In this document: positions 59,137 to 64,000 of the stretch, in pieces
Layout: each line of letters starts with the position of its first letter
Position numbering within the stretch: the stretch's first letter is position 1
Assembly (NCBI GenBank): GCA_964016885.1
Contig: OZ024740.1
Location: 215,636,001-215,700,000, forward strand
Direction of reading: 5' to 3'
Origin: Eledone cirrhosa
Lineage: Eukaryota
DNA: 64,000 nt
Made by a program: the position numbers and the translations under genes
Notes under the pieces: generated by a model
Databases searched by the model: none
The model's input: the letters and a program-made list of their open reading frames with translations, nothing else
What the model was told of the DNA's origin: nothing

Positions 59137-59497
59137 ACACACACACATATATATATACACACTCACACACATACATACACACACTCACACATACATATAT
59201 ACACACTCACACACATACATACACACACTCACACACATCCATACACATACATACACACACACATGCATACACACACACACACACACACACATATATACAC
59301 ACATCCATACACATACATACACACACACATGCATACACACACTCACACATACATACACACGCACATATATACACACTTACACATACACACACACACACAT
59401 ATATACACACTCACACACATACATACACGCACACACACATGCATACACACACTCACACACACATACATGCACTCACACACATACATGTACTCACACT
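59137..59497. repeat. Degenerate (CA)n/(CATA)n microsatellite
   Basis: Direct reading. Confidence 0.9.
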
Positions 59498-59634
59498 TTT
59501 GTACACATTCTTTCTTCAGTCTAAATATATCTTTATATTTAAAGGTATATAAAGGTATCTTTATCAATAGATGTATATTTGTAAGTATACACACATATAA
59601 TATATATGTATATGGATGCAGTAAAAACCTGTTA

Positions 59635-59960
59635 GACCATTACTCACCAGAGTGCTTGATTTTGGGGTAGTAGAGTGTTGTAATATGGTGATTCAGTTCA
59701 GAACTAGCTCTTGAAACAGCAGGAGCTCAACCGTCGAGGTCCCAACTCCTTTATATATATCTATATAGGAAAATGTTTGACCCTGACGGCAGAGCTCAAG
59801 CCTTTTCGACGGCTATTTTTGGACACAGAAATAGCCGTTGAAACGGCTTGAGCGCTGCCATCAAGGTCAAACATTTTCCTATTACCCACTCTACTACCCT
59901 AAGTATTGAGTACTCTGGTGCGTTATGGTCCATCTTGTTCCTGACCACACCTCTTTCATT
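59635..59960. mobile_element. Nested palindromic, TA-associated repeat element(s), same family as 27681-27814
   Basis: A 54-bp hairpin (59765-59818 vs 59829-59882, 5 mismatches) and an outer inverted match (59635-59685 vs 59880-59930). TA runs flank it and occur internally. Confidence 0.75.
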
Positions 59961-60546
59961 ATATATATATATATATGCATTATATTTATTCACACATGAT
60001 GCATGTTTCACAATTGTTTTGCTCAAGTTTCTATGAAAAATAGTTGAACAAGTTTGGCATATAAGCACCTAGACATGGAAAAAGTGGACAACATTGCCTG
60101 TCTCATCCACACTTGAGCACACTTTGGGGATTTAAAGCAAAAAGACAATGTAGAATAATCTCTCTCTCTCTCCCAGTAAGAAATAAACAAAGCAACTAAC
60201 ATACATTCAAAAATCATAATTTGCTCAATGGTTCTCAAAGATATAATTGTTTATTTAAAAGCTTGAAGGTTTCAAAGTCAACTTTGAAACAGTTAGGTAC
60301 TCAATATATAAGAATTCCAGTAATTGTTGTAAACTGTGATAAAAGTCATGGTTTTCTTGGAAGTATTGTATTAAATATTAACAATAGAAAACTAATCAAC
60401 TCCATCATACTTGATGTTAACGATACTAGTATGTTAAAAGATTATTACTAAATTGAAAAGAAAATACACACTTGTCATATTTTGAATTTCAGAAAGTGCC
60501 AATTCCTATTTTTGAACTAGTAGTTATTAAATTATGAAAGTAGGTG

Positions 60547-61144
60547 CTAAACTCTTTTAATACCAAACTGCCTAAAACTGTCACTTGTTCTACAATACAA
60601 AATTACTTATTTTAAAATGTCTAACTATACCAGTGGTTCCCAAACTTTGAGCACCATGTCCCACCTCAAAATCTCAAAAATTGTTATGAAACCAGCAATG
60701 ATCAACTACAAAGCCTAAACAAATTGGTGTATAGATGGTGCCAGATGCATATTGATGCATGGAGGCAACAGGATTGGAGTTCCCAACAGTTGCCTTGATG
60801 TAAAACCTAAAGTTTGTTCTCATACTTTTACCAGCTTCAGCTAACCGATTGAGGCCATGCTGGAGCATCACCATTAATATTATTTTGAAATTGCCTCCCT
60901 CACACCCTTTAAATATTCAAATTGATCCCCTGTGATGAGTGTGCCCTAAGTTTAGAATCACTGGTCTATACATATCTAAAATCTTTCCATTGTGATTTCC
61001 TGTAAGTTAAGTTTTGATCCCAAAACTATTTTAATGATCAGGTAGCTGTTATACTAAAAAAAAAAGAATTTTTTATTGTTTTCAAAATAATTTGAAAATA
61101 ATAATGTGTGTTTTTCATTAGAAGTATAGTAATGAAAATATTAA
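60547..61144. mobile_element. Degenerate TTAA-type MITE (family of 43281-43490) interrupted by a hAT MITE
   Basis: The flanks of the 60631-60963 insertion rejoin into sequence resembling 43281-43490. Ends are CTAA...TTAA. Confidence 0.4.
60631..60963. mobile_element. hAT (Charlie-like) MITE
   Basis: TIRs CAGTGGTTCCCAAACT and AGTTTAGAATCACTG. 8-bp flanks AACTATAC and GTCTATAC (6/8 identical) are consistent with a hAT TSD. Confidence 0.75.
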
Positions 61145-61220
61145 TCACAAGATTTGGACTTTTATTCAACTATAAACACAGAATTAACCTTTCACATACT
61201 AGCTGAGGTAAATTTGTTTG

Positions 61221-61422
61221 TTACCCTTTAGCATTTAAACCTGCCGTATCTGGCCAGAATTCTCTCACCTATTTCTGTTCAAACTGGCTGCAACTCATAC
61301 TTATGTTAAGGTATTGTTCTTAAATTGAATAATATCAAAATCTCAGAGACTCGATATTATGTGAGATAATTATGCAGAAATATAATGGTATATATAGAGT
61401 AATGTGAATGTTAAGGGGTTAA
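61221..61422. mobile_element. piggyBac-like MITE
   Basis: TTA-CCCTTTAGCATT ... AATGTTAAGGGG-TTAA imperfect TIRs with a TTAA end. Confidence 0.6.
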
Positions 61423-61684
61423 ATTTGATCAATTAGGTACTCAACACTAAATTCCATTAGATAAGAATTTCAAAGAAAACTAATATTATTGGTTTGTTGA
61501 GATTGACACAAATGTCTTAGGGTAGAGAAAAATTGTTGGGGGTGATATAGAAAGTAGAACAATCTATCATGATGGCTCATGTGTGGCTGCAATTACTGAG
61601 AGTAAATTGAACTTGTTAACCAAAGTTAGATTAAATCATCAGAGATATATACATAGTCATCCACTCATATTAATATATTTTTAA

Positions 61685-62055
61685 TAGGTCTTTCAAACTT
61701 TGGCACCAGGCAGCAATTTGAGAGGAGGAGAAGGTTATTTAAATTAATCCAGTAATTAACTGGTGCATATTTTATAGACCCCCAAATGGATGAAAAGCAA
61801 AGTTGACCTTCATGTTATTTGAACTCTGAATATAAAGAGCAAGAAAATACAGCTAAGCATTTCTCCGAAGCTTTAACAATTCTGCTAATCCACCACCCTA
61901 AATATAGCTTTAATAATAATGGTTTCTGATTTAGGCACAAAGCCAACAGTTTTGAGGGAAGAGGAAAGTCGATTAAATCGACTCCAACGCATTACTGGTA
62001 CTTTATTTTATTGATCCTGTAAGGATGAAAGGCAAAGCTAACTTTGGCAGGATTA
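61685..62055 (-). mobile_element. Two adjacent copies of the second SINE family (61685-61900; truncated 61912-62055)
   Basis: Both carry GGCAC(C/A)A.GC...ACTGGT...TTTTAT.GA.CC...GGATGAAA.GCAAAG. Confidence 0.75.
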
Positions 62056-62159
62056 TTTATGTATCTTCAATAATAATGTGAACCCATTTATGGAGATGTT
62101 CCAGGAAGATATTTCTCCAGATCAACATTTGGTCCAGAAAATATTTGATATACCTTATA

Positions 62160-63130
62160 TCATCATCATCATCATCAACGTTTAACGTCCGTGTTCCACG
62201 CTTGCATGGGTTTGGACGGGGGTTTTCCCACTTGAGGCAAGAGTGGTTATCTTGCTCGCATAGGACTGTCTGGCGGGTTTTCTACAGCTGGATGCCCTTC
62301 CTAACACCAACCACATTTCCAGTGTGGGGCTGGGAGGTTTTTACCGTGTTGCCTACACGGCCACATTACAGCGTGGACTGTCTGGCGGGTTTTCTACAGC
62401 TGGATGCCCTTCCTAACACCAACCACATTTCCAGTGTGGGGCTGGGAGGTTTTTACCGTGTTGCCTACACGGCCACATTACAGCGTGGACTGTCTGGCGG
62501 GTTTTCTACAGCTGGATGCCCTTCCTAACACCAACCACATTTCCAGTGTGGGGCTGGGAGGTTTTTACCGTGTTGCCTACACGGCCACATTACAGCGTGG
62601 ACTGTCTGGCGGGTTTTCTACAGCTGGATGCCCTTCCTAACACCAACCACATTTCCAGTGTGGGGCTGGGAGGTTTTTACCATGTTGCCTACACGGCCAC
62701 ATTACAGCGTGGACTGTCTGGCGGGTTTTCTACAGCTGGATGCCCTTCCTAACACCAACCACATTTCCAGTGTGGGGCTGGGAGGTTTTTACCATGTTGC
62801 CTACACGGCCACATTTACAGCGTGGACTGTCTGGCGGGTTTTCTACAGCTGGATGCCCTTCCTAACACCAACCACATTTCCAGTGTGGGGCTGGGAGGTT
62901 TTTACCATGTTGCCTACACGGCCACATTTACAGCGTGGACTGTCTGGCGGGTTTTCTACAGCTGGATGCCCTTCCTAACACCAACCACATTTCCAGTGTG
63001 GGGCTGGGAGGTTTTTACCGTGTTGCCTACACGGCCACATTTACAGCGTGGACTGTGTGTTTTTTGTCGTGACACCTACACGATCTCATTTGTTTCGGCC
63101 TGGATGTTGTGGCACCAACATAACTTTACA
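62160..63130 (-). mobile_element. RTE-tailed SINE with seven near-identical 112/113-bp internal tandem units (62263-63049)
   Basis: (CAT)n-AACGTTTAACGTCCG tail at the left. Units start at 62263, 62375, 62487, 62599, 62711, 62824 and 62937, each with TTCTACAGCTGGATGCCCTTCCTAACACCAACC. Confidence 0.9.
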
Positions 63131-63244
63131 TAGAAGGGGGCGGTGTGGATGGGGTGGGGGTGGTGGGACGGGGGTGTGTTTTGTTAGCGATGCCTACTGA
63201 CTGTAGTAGGTTTTACTATGTATTTAGGTAAGACGGGTCTTCTC

Positions 63245-64000
63245 TAATAATAATAATAATAATAATGAAATGATTGTGTAAAGTGCTCAGGTGCACTACA
63301 ACTCGTCAAAGGTGCATGTATAGTACATAGAATAATATACAAATGTCAGAGAAGTGAATAATGTATGAGTCATGATATAGATGTGTGTATGTGTATGGGG
63401 GGGGGGGGAATATTAGGTGTAGTGTTGGCGAATCTCAGGAAGCATGGAGGTTTTAAAGGATGCAGTGTCTCGACAGCTAACAACTGATGCAGGTAGTTTG
63501 TTCCATGCTTCAGCAACTCTGAGCGTGAAAAAATGTTTCCGAAAGTTATGGGAGCTGTGCTGTTAGACACATGGAAATCAAAAAGGTACTCAGGGTTGTT
63601 GTTGGCAAGATGATTAATAATTTTGTGGGTGTTTACTAAGTCAGTTGCCAGGTGTCAGAGCTTCAATGTATCCATGCCCAGGGAAGCAAGACATTCAGAG
63701 TATAGTAGATGCCTGACGGAGGGTATTCGCTTGGTTGCACGTCTCTGAACAGTTTCCAGGTGGTCTATATTCTGAGCAAGATAGGGGTTACAGACTGGTG
63801 ATGCAAATTCTAAGTGTGGCCACACCATAGCCATGTACAGCTTTAAATAGATAGCTAGAGAGCGGCTGACAAAGGTCTTCCTGGGTGATGCTAAGACACC
63901 CTCGGCCTTCTTGACAATTTTAGAGACATGTTTCGTCCAACGCAAATCGCTGCTGACCATAATGCCCAGGTCACGTTCACAAGAAGACTTCTTGATATTA
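63245..64000 (-). mobile_element. CR1/L2-group LINE 3' portion (degenerate ORF2 C-terminus, 3' UTR, (ATT)n tail)
   Basis: ERDLGIMVSSDLRW..H..KLY.AMV.PHLEFASPVCNPY...IDHLETVQRRATK..Y.E.L..LG, then RKHFFTLRVAEAWNKLPASVV...SFK in another frame. (TAA)n at 63245-63265 on the + strand. Confidence 0.9.

Noticed and set aside
44140-63049. CRISPR-like appearance of the 29-, 33-, 46-, 50- and 112-bp arrays
   Set aside because: Units are head-to-tail with no unique spacers, there are no cas genes, and the context is eukaryotic.
62263-63049. Retrozyme/hammerhead ribozyme tandem array
   Set aside because: No CUGANGA...GAAA catalytic core was found on either strand of the unit.

Overview
Eukaryotic, repeat-saturated and essentially non-coding window. 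The SINE, MITE and LINE families together with very long (TA)n tracts resemble an octopus/cephalopod genome (inference from recalled repeat families, not a database result). Layout: a 20.3-kb 30/33-bp satellite, a 200-N gap, then ~16.5 kb of interrupted (TA)n with fold-back/cyclic structure. The remaining ~27 kb is a mosaic of tRNA-derived SINEs, MITEs, RTE and CR1 LINE fragments and several minisatellites. Almost all ORFs in the supplied track are translations of repeats, and no intact protein-coding gene can be supported. The clearest discoveries are: (1) a decayed hATm-like DNA transposon (53391-58682) in which a 33-bp piece of the conserved transposase motif (PGAxHxARWxAKxIYxxKIxLFxQQ) has been amplified about 100-fold into a 3.3-kb minisatellite; (2) a TA-embedded fold-back element carrying a 71-nt tRNA-like cloverleaf inside nested inverted repeats (37380-37649); (3) a modular palindromic element family living in TA tracts (27681-27814 and 59635-59960); and (4) a SINE family that repeatedly generates internal tandem arrays (46-bp and 112-bp units).
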